Program-made: the position numbers and the translations under genes | NCBI GenBank assembly: GCA_051362555.1 | Contig: CM120640.1 | Location: 52,864,788-52,928,787, forward strand | Length of the DNA stretch: 64,000 bases | Direction: 5' to 3' | Source of the DNA: Lingula anatina | Taxonomy: Eukaryota > Animalia > Brachiopoda | The notes under the pieces: generated by a model | Database searches by the model: none | The model's input: only the letters and a program-made list of their open reading frames with translations | Told to the model about the DNA's origin: nothing | In this document: positions 1 through 14,671 of the stretch, piece after piece | Numbering within the stretch: position 1 is the stretch's first letter | Layout of the letters: every line of letters begins with the position of its first letter

Positions 1-1969
1 GAATATACAATTTTAGGCATCAAAACTGTGACAAAGTTAATGCAGTAAAGGGCCAGACGACACCGCACGTTGAGCTGTGATTGATCGTCTGCAAACAAAT
101 TGCGGAGGTGGACAGAAGGGCAGTTGACAATCGGTTTTATCACTCCCCTTTAAGTAAATGCAAGAGACTGGATTAAACGCTTGACCACAGGATTCTTTCT
201 AAGTAATACTAGAAAGGAATTCTAGGCAATTTCCTGTCACAATCAAAGACTTTTGCGGTCAATTTAACACCGCTGTGTTCTCTCGTTATCGCCCTCTTGT
301 TTTATCTAGCCTTGTTTTACAGCGAAAAGAGCTTTTTGTCTCAGCTATATGCTATCATAGTCTATATCAAGTAAATGCAGTGATACAAGGTCTGGTGTAC
401 ATTTACAATGGGCAACGTGGTGCAGTCCCAATATGATCCAGGTTCGTAAAACTCAATATGATCTCAAACAGAAAACAAGTTGATTGCTTTGCCTCGTGCC
501 ATGAGTAAGGAAGTAAGAAAGAGATATCCTAGGACTTTGATAAACAGTAATAGGTAAGAAGTAAACAATTCATAAATTTCTCTTCATTAAACTTCTTTTT
601 GTAAACACATAATTAAATCAGTTCAGTAATTACCCTTTGTAGAATTCCACTTAATTGCAAGCTATTCATTCTAATACTGCACACCTGGAGCTTCAGTAGC
701 GAAATATGCTTCGAACTAGTGTAAACATGTCCTTGGGGAACTCTGGCGCTAATTAGGAATTAATGCTAACTAAACATTAGGATCACGTGTAATAATCCCG
801 GTGCGTCGAGAGTGCGGAGGAGTGAATGATTTTAGGAATTCCGAGGACTTTAAACGTCTCAGCTATTCCTCGAAAAAAAAAGCTCCCAGACAGCTAGAAA
901 TATACTACTAGAATTATTTAACCAAAAAAGAAGATATTAACTTGATGACGTGTAGAAGGCGCAGAGTATAAATATTTCTTATATCTAACCCACAGTGCAA
1001 CTTTCAGAAGGTACATTGTAACAGTTCGTATTCACCGATTGATGGACTTCTTGTTTGTTCGGTCATTACAAACATCTTGGGGAAAGTGTTTAGAGGAGCG
1101 AAAAGGGATTGTCAGGTAAGAAACCTTTTGCAATGAATACGCAAGTAAAAGCTTTTGTATATCACTTACACTGTGTGAATGTCGCTATTACCGAAGAATG
1201 GATCTTCAAGGACCCCAGCTTGCACTCGGACCGAATTGTTTTGGTGGTTTTTACACACCTCACTACCGTGCGGAAAACATCGGTTAGAATTGTGTGCCCT
1301 GTTTTCAGCAAAAACAAAAATATTTTATGTACAATAGGTTTGACGTGGAAGGATGAGCGGCACGTGTAGGTTGGACAAAAATACATCTTTAGGTATTTAT
1401 TGCTCTTACGTTTCCACATCTGCATAACTATTGTTTTTCCTGGTTGCTGAAGTGGGAAGGTGCCTTGTTTTTGTGTTTTTGACACCCTCTGTGTAGAAGG
1501 CGCAATTTCGAATGTTTTTAAAGTACCAAGAAGAAACAGTTACTTTAAATTAAAGTGGTAAGCATTAGTAATCCCCATCATGGTATATATACACAAATAT
1601 AACGCACAACTTGACAGGATAAATTATACTCAACCTTGGGATTCGATAAAGAATTTCGTAACAGCTGATCGATTTGACTTAGGAACTGTATTAAGCAGAC
1701 TGGTCTCGGGTCCAAGACCTATACACAAAACAAGGTATGTTTTATGCAGTTCCAACTCCTGACAACACTTAGTGAAATGTAAGCTTATTTTGGTACGTGC
1801 TATCGCATATTAATCGTTTATATTGAAAAGTAAAATATAATGATAGATAAAGATTCAATTACACTTATCCCTCCCTGTTTTCTTTTCAAAATAGCCAAAT
1901 TATGTGGTCGAATGGTAATTAAAAATTGCGCACGATCAATGATTTTGATTCTAAAAAGAAAATTACTTT

Positions 1970-2011
<42 letters not shown>

Positions 2012-5000
2012 AAGGTAATTACAAACATCAGAGGTTGCACAAATGTTGATTGTAAGGTCGACAGTTGCGTTAAAGTCAGATCTTCAAATACATTTTTATT
2101 TAAACAGATTGTTAGATCACCTTCGCAAATTGTCTGTTATTTAAAGGGAAATATGTTAATCAGTTTGAAGTCTATACTTTGAGATTTGTGACATATTGAA
2201 TAATTTTTTCAAATATGAGATTAGTCAAAGAATAGAAAATATGGAAAATGTTACCATTAATGTACATACATATTTTACTGCATCTAAGAGTCATAAGAAC
2301 GACACTTAACCAAGGGAGTTCGAGTGTCGGTCAAGGTAAATTACGGTATGGGTCGAGTGTCCAGGGCAAGAGAGAGGGGTGTGAAATGCCCACTTTTCCC
2401 ATCTACTCAGGAATACACAGGAATATGGTTTCTTTAAAAATGTAGACCTGTTATCTGTTTATTCATTTATTTATTTATTTATTGCAAATTGAGCATCAGT
2501 CGCAGGATCTCGCTAATTTCTACAATCTCACTGTAACTTACTATGAAGGAATAGAAAACTATGACAGACGCATAGACCACTTAACTAAAGGTCAAGGGGT
2601 GAACCGCAAACTCGGATATTTCATACATGACACCGGTTTGTGTATAACACACCTGATATATTAAGCGATGTTTTTGTTGAGTCTAGCTTGGTATGGATAT
2701 CTTCCGCACTGGATACAAAAAGGGTCAGTTTAACGAACCGAAAGTCTTACATCAATTTTAAGTTAGTTTGAATAGTATACTACTGCAGACCTGCTGTCTT
2801 ACACGATCACATAGTGTATCCAGTTTTCTTAGTAGTAAAATAAAACTGTTTATAAAGCAATGTGCAATAATCCTGCCTAGGTTACCGATGTTAGCAGCAA
2901 TTTATAATTTGGAAAATTAAGAAAAATTTGCATCAAACAACTCAGTTGTTTTTCTACGTGCGAATGACGTAACTGTTGTGAACGACATGTCTTATACATT
3001 TGCCGATTTCCATGAACAACGGATAAGCAGACGAATCACCGCTTGCCTTCCAGACGATCGATCATACGTACCGTTGCACTTCGGGTATCAAAAGCAAGGA
3101 AGGGTGACAGGTTTACTTTAGAAAAATGCCACATCCATTAATATTTTCAAATTAAAACCATTTCATTTAAACTACGATGCACTTTGTAATTGCAGAGATT
3201 TACGTTGGTATTCCTAAAGTTTAATCAAGTTTGTAATAGGGAAAAATGTAATGTCAGTGTTGCAGAGCCTAAAAATATTAACCTAACTTTTGTTCGGAAT
3301 TTTGTGCGGACAGAGTATTGAAGCCACGATACGAAAACATAAAACGCCCAGTTCCAGTTTGGGAGACAGTTCCCCCACGAAGACAGGCGTGGGCAAACTT
3401 TACTTGTTAAAAAAACGAGAAAAAAATTATTTAACGTCCCTCCCTCACCCTATTATAATGCCTACGCGTATTGTTCCAGAGTAGGGGATAAATCTCAACG
3501 TAATTTATTCCCCCTTAAATATGGCTCTATCATCTTAGTTGTATCCATAATGAAAACAGTTAAACCAGTAGCTGAAGGTGTCTTATTTATAACAATAGCC
3601 TGACATTCCGCTCCATTTCATTATAGGAGTGTCTTTTTCCGATTTCTGAAATCAGTGGTGATGATCTTTGATAGGGCTCATCATGGCCTGGTTCACAGTG
3701 CCGCTTCCAAGATTTTTGGATTTGTAAAACTGTTATCAACTTTGCACGCTGCGTGCGTTGAATGGTATGATTCCTTTCCTTATCATGCCTACATTGTATT
3801 GTTAGGGCAACAGAGCCTCTTTTACAGACTGCAAAAAATCCTCATATTACATTTCACCAGCAAGTACTTAGTTCTTTCCCGATATATGCTTCCCTCAGAA
3901 AATTGAGAAGAATCTGTATTGGGACTACGGCCATCATTTTTGCCAAAGATGGTACTCTACAAATATTTCTTTGTGTCGCCTTCGCACAAAGCGCCTATAC
4001 ATATAGTAGGCCTACTATAATACAGTGTTCTGGACGTTGCCTAGATAAGAGCTGGCCTATTGTTTTTATCCCTACATCACAACAAGGCAACCCCCATATC
4101 TGCACCCGGTGACCCGAGTACTGAACATGTGGTTCCCAAATTTTTTTGGATATGCACGTACGTATTCCTACTTCCCTATTTACATTTGGTAGATAAAGCT
4201 TCCTTGTCTTCTTCTGGCTTTGGCTGATTTGAATTGGACAATTGTGACAGACAAACGATGTTGGCAACTTGGAAGCGGGTGGTGTTTTTTCCCAGGAGTA
4301 AATCTAAAACACAACGGTAAGAAAAATTGCACATCCATTAAGAATTATAATTGCGTGATTATCAAATTCAACACGTCAGGAAGGATAAAAGATACGAATG
4401 GATAGCCGTGAGTGTTATGATCACGTAAATCTAAGGCACAGATCTGTTAGTTACATACGCTATCGGAAGATAGGTGAGAAAAATTGTGTTAAGTTGAAAA
4501 GGAAATGCTTAAACGCCGAGCGTACTTCATAATGTATTTCAGTATGATATTGCTAAACTAGATTATACTTATTCTATAGATTTAATGTCAGATAATTAAG
4601 CAGGTACATGTAGAAAAAAAATTTATAAATCGAAATTCATGAAAAATATATTTATATAAAACGCAGGTTCTGTTAGCGTTTTATTGTTATTATTTTTTGT
4701 GTGTGACCTAATTAGAACATTAGCATGGCTTTTTTTAATTCCTCGGCCACGGAAACATTGGACTTGATCCAAACCAAAATCCTTTGACCGCAACTTAAAA
4801 GAATTTAGTTATTGCACACGACTTGTACTAAAATCGCACCTGGAATACAGGGTACGGAGGTATGTGGGCCACGTGGATAAATTTCATGCGAAAACTGGAC
4901 AATTAGTTCCTTGTGGAGAAAATATACACAAGCACGCATGTAACAAGCTCCATATAAAATAATAGATAAATATAGTAACGGTAAACTGGCATTAAGGGCA

Positions 5001-8000
5001 AGAATAAACTGCAGGATGTCTATCCATGGAAGAAAAGCGGCGATAGATCTGTTACGTATTTTGCTGAAGCTGGGCTTCTTGTGCTGAGTTAGATGAAATC
5101 CCTCTTTGCAACAACTCGGGTTTTGTCGATAGGTCTCTGTCATTTCTTACTGAGAAGAATTACAGTCTATAGCATGCTACATTTTTGTTTGATGAGTTGT
5201 CTGTTTATTGTACATTTTGGGTTCTGTGTAGATATTTGGTGATACAGAATGGTATAGAACTGCAGCAAACTTGTATGATTTCACGCACTTAACACTTGTT
5301 TTTAGTTGCAGTTTTGAGTGGTCGATATTTTGGCCTCTAATCCCTAAGGTCGTTTTTGAAAAACAACTGTTCTTGTTGATATACTGTAAGCCCATTTCAT
5401 CAATTTGTTATTTCGACTCAGCACAGAGTTAAATTGACGTTTTTTCATAAACAAGGGAGTTAAAGCACATGTTTAACGTTTTAACGATTTTCATTCTAAT
5501 TAACTTGTCTAATAAACAGACAGGTATTGACCCCATTGAAAAGTTGTAGACGCTGAAAAAATGTATTGGTGATTAACACTATACGCACATATCGTTAAAT
5601 GTCTGTTATGTTTTTCACCTTGAGCACAAGCGTCATAAATCAAGGCGAATTTTTTTTTGTCATACATCATTAATTTTCTTTATTGCACATGGGTTGCTCT
5701 CTTTTCTATTTGGGTGAACATCCGTTCTTAAATGCTGATTCCATTGCACTGACGACGATTCCTAAGCAGGTATTGATCCAGGTTGTTATTGTGCGCCGTA
5801 AGTTCAAGCAGTCATCCAGAAGCTGTTGAATTTTTAAGTTATTTTTTCCTGATCTTAATCAATGAAAGTTAACGTTGCGACTTATTATCCCAATCAAAAT
5901 CAAAATTGTATCTTTCCGGTCTCATTTCACAGTGAGTGAGTTTCTGTAATTAAATATACCTATCTTTGGTTTATCACTTACAAATTTCATTAAAAATAGT
6001 TGATAATAAGATGATGAAAATCAATTTTAGTGTTTAGAATATTAATAAAAGTCAAACAACCTAATCATTGACTCAATATCAATGCTATCAATATCCCCGC
6101 CCAGTAATTTAATGTCTCGATGTTTACAATCTGTTGCTACGCTTGTATGAAAAAATAATGACCCGCCAGATGTCCCTAGTGTCGTTTACACTCTTGGCTA
6201 TCACCGTTTGACGTGATACCAGTTATTTTCCCTCTTGATCCCTGTTTTGCTAATATTATAGTGATTCTAACTTGAAATTTTTTTTGCCAATTTTTGGTCA
6301 TCTTTGACTTTCTTGTAATCTTTTTTAAAAGACTCAAATTCAAAGCGATTTGAAGTCAAGAATAAAAGTTTGTCGTCCGTGAGATTGGTTCATTAAAGGT
6401 ATAAAGTTGGTCAGAAATTCCATCGAGGGCACGAGTACTTCCATCGAAACCATATTACGAAAATAATCGTAACCAGTAAAGGTCTTCCCCTCCGGAAACG
6501 TTTTGATTAAAGATGTGTTGTTTTTTGTATTGTTTTGAAAGTGGCACGCGCTTCAAATAAACGATAGGAATTTCTTGTGATGTATTTTTTGCCAAAGAAA
6601 GTATATCTTGAACACAAAATATTTTGTATTTCTTGTTCATTTATTGAAAAAATGGTGACATTTAATTGTCTTTATATTACTATTTAAACTAACAAAACAC
6701 TGATAGATCATAACCACTGTTACCAACAATTGCAAAAGATAGAATCTCAAATAACTTAAATTGAATTAATCTTTTAATACTAATACTGTATTCATAAATG
6801 TTTCCGTCAGGTAAGAATGGAAAGAGGCTATCACAAGAGCTGGCCTTAAATTCCACAGAGTCTCCAGATGACCCTTACGCTAAAACTATTTCTATGGGGC
6901 CTGATGCTTGGTTACATGTATCAAAGGAGAGTTGAAATAGACTTAAAATTAGGTATGCTGTGTCAATTTAAAACAACATTATTTTGACCCTGTCAGAATG
7001 GTTGCTCTATAATCCACTTTGTTCCGTTCCTCGGATAATATTTGTCCTATGTATATGTGTTTTTTCTTCATGTTTGTTGTTTTGGTTAGTATTGTTGCTA
7101 TAGCTACTGCTGTCAATTACCAGTTATTCATTTCCTCAAAAAGCACACCCACACGCGCAAAACACATTTAAACTCTCAAACATTACATGTACAAGATTGC
7201 AGCCACGCACACAGTCAGATATACACACACATCTTATAAGTTGCAAATAAAACTGAAAGAACTCTTATTTAAAGAAATGAAGTAATTATGCAAGTCTAAA
7301 TACACCTATCAACGATGTGATTGATCACCAATACATCAACCGACAATAGAAACAGACGTAAATAAACAAACGATATTTTTGCGTCTACATTTCGACACCT
7401 TATAGTTTTTCGAAGAATTTTGCCTCGGGTTACCGTTATGGGTACCCGCTGTAGTAATTATTTTGCCAATTACGTTGAAAAGTGACTATTAGTCTAGTAT
7501 TAAGATCATACATCTATTGTTTTGCCCAATGAACTATTGTTTTATGCAGTAGGCCTAAGCATTTGATGTATGTTTGAACACTCTGTTTAAAACACTTCAT
7601 ATAATCCAATAAATAGTTGGCAAGAAACTTCGGCAATGACATCTGTTCTAGCTTTTCTGATTTAGGAGCGTTTGGTAAAATCGTAATATTCATTTGACTG
7701 CTGTTTCTCTTGTGCACTTTCCATTAATTTGATCTCAAAAACAAGAAATCAAAGCGCCCCAGGCTGTCTGTACTGTAGTAACATTTTTGCAACTTTTTGC
7801 CACCAACGTCGTGCTTTTGGAAGGCTATTTCTACTCCCTGGCAACTAAATTTCATGCACGATTCAAGGTGTGTTCGATTCGGAGAAAGGGAATAGCAAAA
7901 CATGAACGTTACATGGTAACACAGTGGTCGGATTTGCTGCTAGGAAAAAAAGAGATGCACATGTAAAGCTGGAGTCATAAAAGTGAGTTTGATCTCTTTT

Positions 8001-8189
8001 GTTTTTGCCAAAGTGTTTGTGTTTCATATTAGGTAGTTATGCGCTTTGACACGCGTGGAACGCAGTGCACGCAGCTGCAGTAAGTAACTGTTAATGTAGT
8101 GTAGATCTACACTTCATAGGTAGGTACATTACGTAAGAACATCACACGCTGCGTGTATATATACACGTGCTGCATTCTGCATTCAAACG

Positions 8190-8431
8190 TAGGGGAGACT
8201 GGGGCTAGTTGGACCTCGGGGTAAGTTGGCCCCCCATCAATTTATGACAAAGTAACTATGGGGTATAAGAATTGATCACATCATTTTGTAAAGTGACTGT
8301 ATCCAATAGTGCCAAGAAAGCGTCGGCAGTGAGTCCAAATGAAAAAATTTAGCATCTTAAAGTAACTTTATTAAAGAGACTTGATGGAGGGCCAACTTAC
8401 CCCGGGGTCCAACCAGCCCCGGTTTTCCCTA
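8190..8431. mobile_element. MITE of about 240 bp with about 45-bp terminal inverted repeats, flanked by TA (Tc1/mariner/pogo-like)
   Basis: The left end taggggagactggggctagttggacctcggggtaagttggcccc is the near-perfect reverse complement of the right end gggccaacttaccccggggtccaaccagccccggttttcccta. TA lies at both ends and there is no ORF. Confidence 0.75.
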
Positions 8432-9171
8432 AATGCAGTAGGCACGTATACAAGTTACCATTGAAATGTTCGTACGCAGTATGTGCGTGTACAGTGTATA
8501 TAGTGGGCACTGAAAGTCTATTGAGCGTTCGTTAGTGTAGGACAATACGTGGTAGCTGTATATGAGTTTATTTCACCATGCTGCCATTGTTTTAAGTAGA
8601 GTAGGCCCTACTTTGACGCTGCGAAAACAATATTAAGAGGATGCCGTTTGATCCTATATCATCGTCTTTCGTAAAATAATTTCGAGTATCAACTGGATAA
8701 CGCACTGATTTTCTAGCTTAAGTAATCACAATCAACATGCCAGGCTTTCATACCGTCAATCTGACTTTTCAAATGTATATTGAACCGTGCCAATTATCTC
8801 AATGGTTATTATCCAAGTAAATTGATCAAATGACCAATAACGGAGATTACATATTATTACTTTTCTCAACATGTGCATTTCTCTTTTTTGCCGATGACAA
8901 TAATACCTTCCGTGCAATCTAACTAAGTGGGGTTTGCCATTTAGTCCGTCCTTATCAGTGTGTCGTTTTCCACCAACATCAAACTGCCGAAAAGTAAAAA
9001 ACAACGATGGTAATTTATCAAAGATCAATGGCATATCCATATTCATTCACAGCAGAACAACGATCGAACGACCTATCAATATCTCAAGTTACTTACACTT
9101 TGTGTTAATTGTCCAAATGAAAAACCTATACCATGTTGTTTAATTGTTTTATGGTCGAAGTTGTGGCATAC

Positions 9172-9301
9172 TATAAAAGTCAAACTGCCGTGGGTGCTTA
9201 TCATTGAGAACACGGCGGAAGAAGCTCGAAGAATTTGGTGTCCGTCTCCAGTGCTGTCCGTGACGTTAGTGTGACGTGGGAAATTGACTTCAGCCCCTTA
9301 G
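9172..9301 (+). promoter_or_regulatory. Candidate distal TATA/Inr promoter and non-coding first exon, possibly of the CRH/DH44-like gene
   Basis: TATAAAA at 9172-9178, Inr-like TCATT with its A at 9203 (31 nt downstream), and donor-like TTAG|GTAAAG after 9301. Confidence 0.35.
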
Positions 9302-12300
9302 GTAAAGTTAAAAATATGGTGATAAGATTTGAGTCTAGAATAACAAGTTAAGTGAACAGACGAGAGATGTCCTCTTTGATTGCTGTTTATGTTTTATTTA
9401 GAGAAATGTAAAGAATGAAACGGTATGCCATCTTCCAAGTTAATTGCCAAGATTATTGTTTTTGGTGTTTAACTGATCGTCAACATTGAACCCTACTGCC
9501 ATACTTAACGTAATATAAAGTGCAGACTACTTAAGGTCGAACTTGTGATGAAGGGTTACCCGTTGTGTCTAATTGAAATATTTTAAAAAGATCCGTCTGA
9601 ACAAAACAGCAAGTCTGAAAAGCATTTGATGTACTTCTTTCCTCCTAGAAACTTTGGAAAATCATGTTCCTGACCTCTTAGGAATGCTATTTTCATTCAT
9701 TGACTCAGGCCTCGATATATTTGAATCATATCTTTTTCTCCACAAGTTAAATAAATGACGTCTTTTTGTGATTCGGATTTAAAATAATCTAAACATAATG
9801 AAGGAATTTAAATAGCATACTTATATGCAATATATAAATCGACCAATAATACCATTGTTTACAGTAAGTTTTAAAAAATCATACAACGCTGGTCCCCGTT
9901 TTATTGTGAAGCGTGTATGCCACCGATTTTCAGCATAAAGCTTATAGCGCCCTGCTACCATAAGTAAAGGCTATTAATAGAATATGCCTACTAAATATAG
10001 ACATGCGATAATAGACCCAGCAGTTTGTCTCGCCTTTATTTTTCTTTTTCATATTTTATTGTCTGTTTGAGAGGCATTCTAAGGTGAACTTCCCTGCAGA
10101 CTGTGATAACAACAAGTTTGAAATCGAAACCGACATGAAAATCGGCCATTTTGAACATTGAAGTTCAAGAAACATTATCGCAATAAGTGTCCTGTAATAT
10201 TTCACCTTTGTCATGCTGACAACTGATATTAATGACATCTTCCCGTTTTATAGATTCAAAGCAATAACTAATTGCACTTGTGGTTAAGGCGCACGTACGC
10301 AGTGCTTTTTATTTTACTCTGACTTATTCTGAGGTTATCGTTAACAGTCCTCTTTCCGGTAATTCTTTTGCTTTTCTCTCTCTCACACACAGAGGTTCTT
10401 GTAAATGCGAGGGTTACGGCTCACTGTTCACCAATAAAAACAAGAATTCAGGATCTACTTGTGCATGGGTCGATCATGTACACATCATCGGTCCGGAAAA
10501 AGTAAAAAGTGGCATTTCTTAGTACTAGATGCTGGCATTTTATTTTATTTTTTCTTTGAGGGCATTCGTTTTCCTCCAAAGAACTAGAACTAGAAATAGC
10601 AAGTTTTATTTTTTTCACATCATTTAAATATATGCAAGACTTAAAAGGACCCAAAGTGTTCTTCAGTAAACATGCCAATTGGTTGTTAGCCAGAGAAAAT
10701 GCAATGATGGTAAAATTTTGCGGCATGTCACTTATTAGTAAAATAAAGTCACCAGATGACGCAACACTCAAGAAAGCTCGCTTTAAAACCGATCGGCGAA
10801 AGGACATGTGGGTTATCAGCTAGGATACTGGTAGTCTCTTTTGTGTAAAAGAAAATATACAAAATACTTTTTAAATACGGACGTTCTGAAGTCAGGTGCG
10901 CATAGGAATCCCGATGCTTGATCACAATGCATTGAAAACACCGCAATGCTGCTGTTGTTTCTGTCAGCGCTAGCTCTCGACACTCATTTCGTGGTTGCCG
11001 AGTCTAGAATTGTGCCAAAAGAATAGAAAACGCACTAATTAAGTGAAGCAATAGGAAATCAATAGAAAATCAAGGGTTTGCTAGTGGTTTTGAGAATGGT
11101 GTTTTATGTCTAACCTAAACCCTTTGAAATTAATGGCCATTTCGTTGAAAGTAACTGTGACAGAGGCAAGTTTTAACAAAGCAGTAGGTCAGGCCTAAGT
11201 CAACGTTTCAGTAGTGCGTCGCGGCATTGAGTGCATAACGGTTTAGGGGTCTTTACATGTAGCTCGCGCATGTGTATAGGTGATAAAGAATGATAACATC
11301 TTCGGGACAGCCCCGAGTAAAGTGCTCTTCAAAAGCAATAAGAGGTTCAAAGGGAGTAAAATCAGATGAGTTAAACACACGCATGTCGGTAATGGATGTG
11401 TCAATGATTTGCGGTTGAGTAGACAAGCAAATTTCCATGATATGTGGATGTATAAAACGTTTTATCTGGTATTTGGCTATGAAATTGTATTTAACAATGG
11501 AGCAAAATTGCTGAATTACATGTCATCATTTATTGTTATATATATGTTATATATTCAAAAATAACACCGTGCGACTTTGTGAAAAAGAACGAGGATAAAT
11601 TGCTGTCAAAAATATATGTTATTTTCAGAACAATTTTCAATAATGTTCAATTATTGAGAAAAAGACAAGAATGTGAAAAATATTAAAGTTTAGTCGATGA
11701 GATTTTAATCGAGCTAATGATTTAATTTAGGAAAGTAATCTCACACACTCATCTGAAGCAACACCTGCAGGTCGTTTTGAATTAAATTAGCTACGCCCAG
11801 TTTTAAAAACGGTAATAAGCCTATCTTAGAAGCGCACTCAGGGACCTATGGCTTTCAGTTGAAAGATTTTGGTACACATAAAGCGTTTTCACAGAGATGG
11901 AAGATGAAATTAGCTTGTTTATTATCCTAATTCCCTTCCTGGGCACAGGTACATAAGAAGAATGAAAACCACTGTTTTCATAGAGCAGGAGAGGACATCA
12001 ACCCATGATATACAATATAAAACGATTTTGGTCGGTTTACATTGGGGGAGGGATTGCAGCTCTCTTCCTCATGTCTCAATAGGAATGCTAGCCCGATATG
12101 TCTCATCCTAGCAGAAAAGCGATGATTTTTATAAACCGTTGCACAAGGGTGCACTTGGCCTGCTTCTGCCGGTTGCGTGCAGACTTAGTACACAGTTAAA
12201 TATAGGAGACCAAGGTTTACTGCAGTGAAAGAAGGAAAAAGTCGAGAAAATTATAGTCTGTCAAAATTCTAAATATAGCAACAGTCACTACACATTAGAT

Positions 12301-13241
12301 CATTGATAAACAGGGAACAATCAAAGTTCGTAGTTTTACCGCTGTGATAACGGTTTGAAAATAAATATCATCTCTACTTATTGCTGTTTTATGCCACTAT
12401 TCATTTAATTTATTTCTGTTGATATATCAATTTTATCGATTTTTCTTTCTTTTTTTCGTTGGTTTAGTTATATACATGTAGCAAGGTTCTAGGAGGCTAA
12501 TAGTGAAGTTTTCTTGCGTAAAATTCTAATCAAGCGAGATTGAGCTGCTAAAAACGCAATTTTAACTAATTTTTGCTTCCATTTATGAAAGTTCCAAAGA
12601 TTTTTACTTCTGCCAGCACCTTCTGACGCAGTCCTCTTTATAGAAACAAAAAAAAAAATATTTTCCTGTTTAATGGATTTTTATTCTGAAATGAGAATGA
12701 CGCCAATACAAGATGTAAAAAAAGAAGTTATATTTGAGACTTTGAACGTTAATTCGCTTTCATCTGATCATTTTGAATTGCTGTTACGTGTTTTAATTTA
12801 GGCATGGACATTTTTGTGCGTTTATTCCTTTTCCGTACTTAACGCCCCCCAGTGGCAGAAGGACGTGGAGTCGAAATCAGCCCATACCTCTCACAGCTGC
12901 CCTCTGCTCCGAAGCGTGACCGTTCACTTTTCTTTTATAGCATACTCATCACTCAAACACGTGTTGTACGTTCTTTTTAGCAGTTAATTAATAGGTGGAC
13001 CTCACAACAATTATGATAAGACCACTAAACAGAGCTTTATTTCCTCCCTTAACCATACGATACAGCCAGGGTGTTGTCTAGTATTAACTTCGCCCATGTT
13101 CACTTACCCCATCATTAAAAGTGAGATTTGGAAATGGAATTTGATTGGTCATTTAATTTGGATAAAATACGAAAAGAACATTTTTGTTTGTTTTTTGAGC
13201 ACAGTATCTGTTTGCACGCAACATTGACGTTTTTGTTTAGG

Positions 13242-13427
13242 TCACTTGCAATCCATACGTCAAACTAGTTTTAAAAAAGTGGTCGTTAACTCAACTATTC
13301 TGATTGCGTATGGCAATGACACTTTTCCTTTTCCTTTTCACTTGCAATTCATACGTCAAACTAGTTAGAAGAAAGTGGTCTATAACTCAACTATTCTGAT
13401 TGTGTATGGCAATGACACTTTTCCTTT
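13242..13427. repeat. Tandem duplication, 2 copies, period 96 bp
   Basis: tcacttgcaat(c/t)catacgtcaaactagtt...ggcaatgacacttttccttt starts at both 13242 and 13338. Confidence 0.85.
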
Positions 13428-14143
13428 GGGAACTTAAAGTTTGACAAATCCAATGCTGTCATTGTCCATTTACTCCAAAATTAGGCGTAATGCAATTAAT
13501 TGTTTTCTTGCCCACATCACCAAATAGAACATCTAGTATACAACTGCTGTGTTTAATCGGTTCGAAACCTGTAGGGACAGAAAATATATGAAAACATCGG
13601 GTTGTCGGAAGAAAAAAAAACTACCAGTATCTGACGCAGTTAAAAATGGATGGTTGTCTGTGGACTCGCGTTACAGAGGACACAATAACTTTTCCGGTTT
13701 TTATACCTGAATTAAGTCGTATTTCTGTGCGATTAATCTCCATAATTATCTGCCTTGTTTTTTATCTGCACCGCACACCTTTTTCCCACAGATGAGGTAT
13801 TTGTTCATTGGACACAGGCTTGCAGATTTTCAAGGATTTCGAAAATGTTTTTTCTTATCAGAAGCTCTTTGAAAAACGTCTTAGCTCTAATCTTGCCGCC
13901 TCATTTATCAGTGGTTAAGTAGGCTAGAAAATGTCATTAGTAACATACAGAGATTTCCATGAATGGAGCGACGAACAATTGCGAACGGTTGTTTTGCCCC
14001 ATGTAACAATAAAAACGAATTAGCAATTTCCGCAGATAATCATAGTACGGGATGATTTTAATGCTGTGTCGCTTAATCGCTGCAAATGCACGGTGTGTGA
14101 CTTTTACTAAGGTATGAGGTGGGATAAGATCAGAAAATGAGGC

Positions 14144-14177
14144 TATAAAAGCTCGTGGGCTATGTGAGTGATCAGTT
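14144..14177 (+). promoter_or_regulatory. Proximal TATA box plus initiator of the CRH/DH44-like gene
   Basis: TATAAAA at 14144-14150 and TCAGTT Inr with its A at 14174, exactly 30 nt downstream. A donor follows at 14557|GTAAGT and an acceptor tttccag| at 14655 lies just upstream of the ATG at 14672. Confidence 0.6.
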
Positions 14178-14671
14178 AGTTGAGTGCACGTTGAGCTGAG
14201 CACACCGCAGGAGCGGTGCACCACTCATAAGATCGATTTTACTGCGTGCTTCTCATACAGATATTATATTGCAATGAAACCAGTCAGGAATAAGTTTCAA
14301 TTGATACTATAAGTTAATCAAGGAGCTGTCAATAGAAAACTTGCTGTTTTTTCTTTTGCCTCAGGTGGGTGTTCTCAGCGGTGCAAGGAGCTATTAATTC
14401 AACTGATGACTTATTGCTTGCCAAGTGTGTAGAGGTTATTTATTTAAAAAGCTGTCGAGCAGCGCGTGAGACATCATTTCAAGCTGTGTCGCTTAGTGAA
14501 GATGGCCAAGTTAAACTGTATCTTAATTTTCTTTTTTAGATCATTTGGTTTTACTTGGTAAGTTTAATTAAACAGAGCTTTTCAATTAGCTAATTTTTAA
14601 AAAAATTTTCCGCATCTATATACACTGCTTATTTTTGATTTGTTTTTCTTTCCAGGTTTGAACCAAAGATT

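Noticed and set aside
5707-5823. Minus-strand exon-like frame LLDDCLNLRRTITTWINTCLGIVVSAMESAFKNGCSPK* after an acag acceptor
   Set aside because: No partner exons or recognisable family were found.
6868-6952. ATG-initiated hydrophobic stretch MTLTLKLFLWGLMLGYMYQ ending at AG|GTATGC
   Set aside because: The signal-peptide character is weak and no downstream peptide-like exon was identified.
1-14000. Numerous 60-120 aa ORFs in the ORF track here and in 18-33 kb
   Set aside because: Most have non-ATG starts or low-complexity AT-rich composition with no recognisable domains. I looked for further peptide genes (PDF, ELH, PTH-like) and found none I could support, though small exons could be missed by eye.
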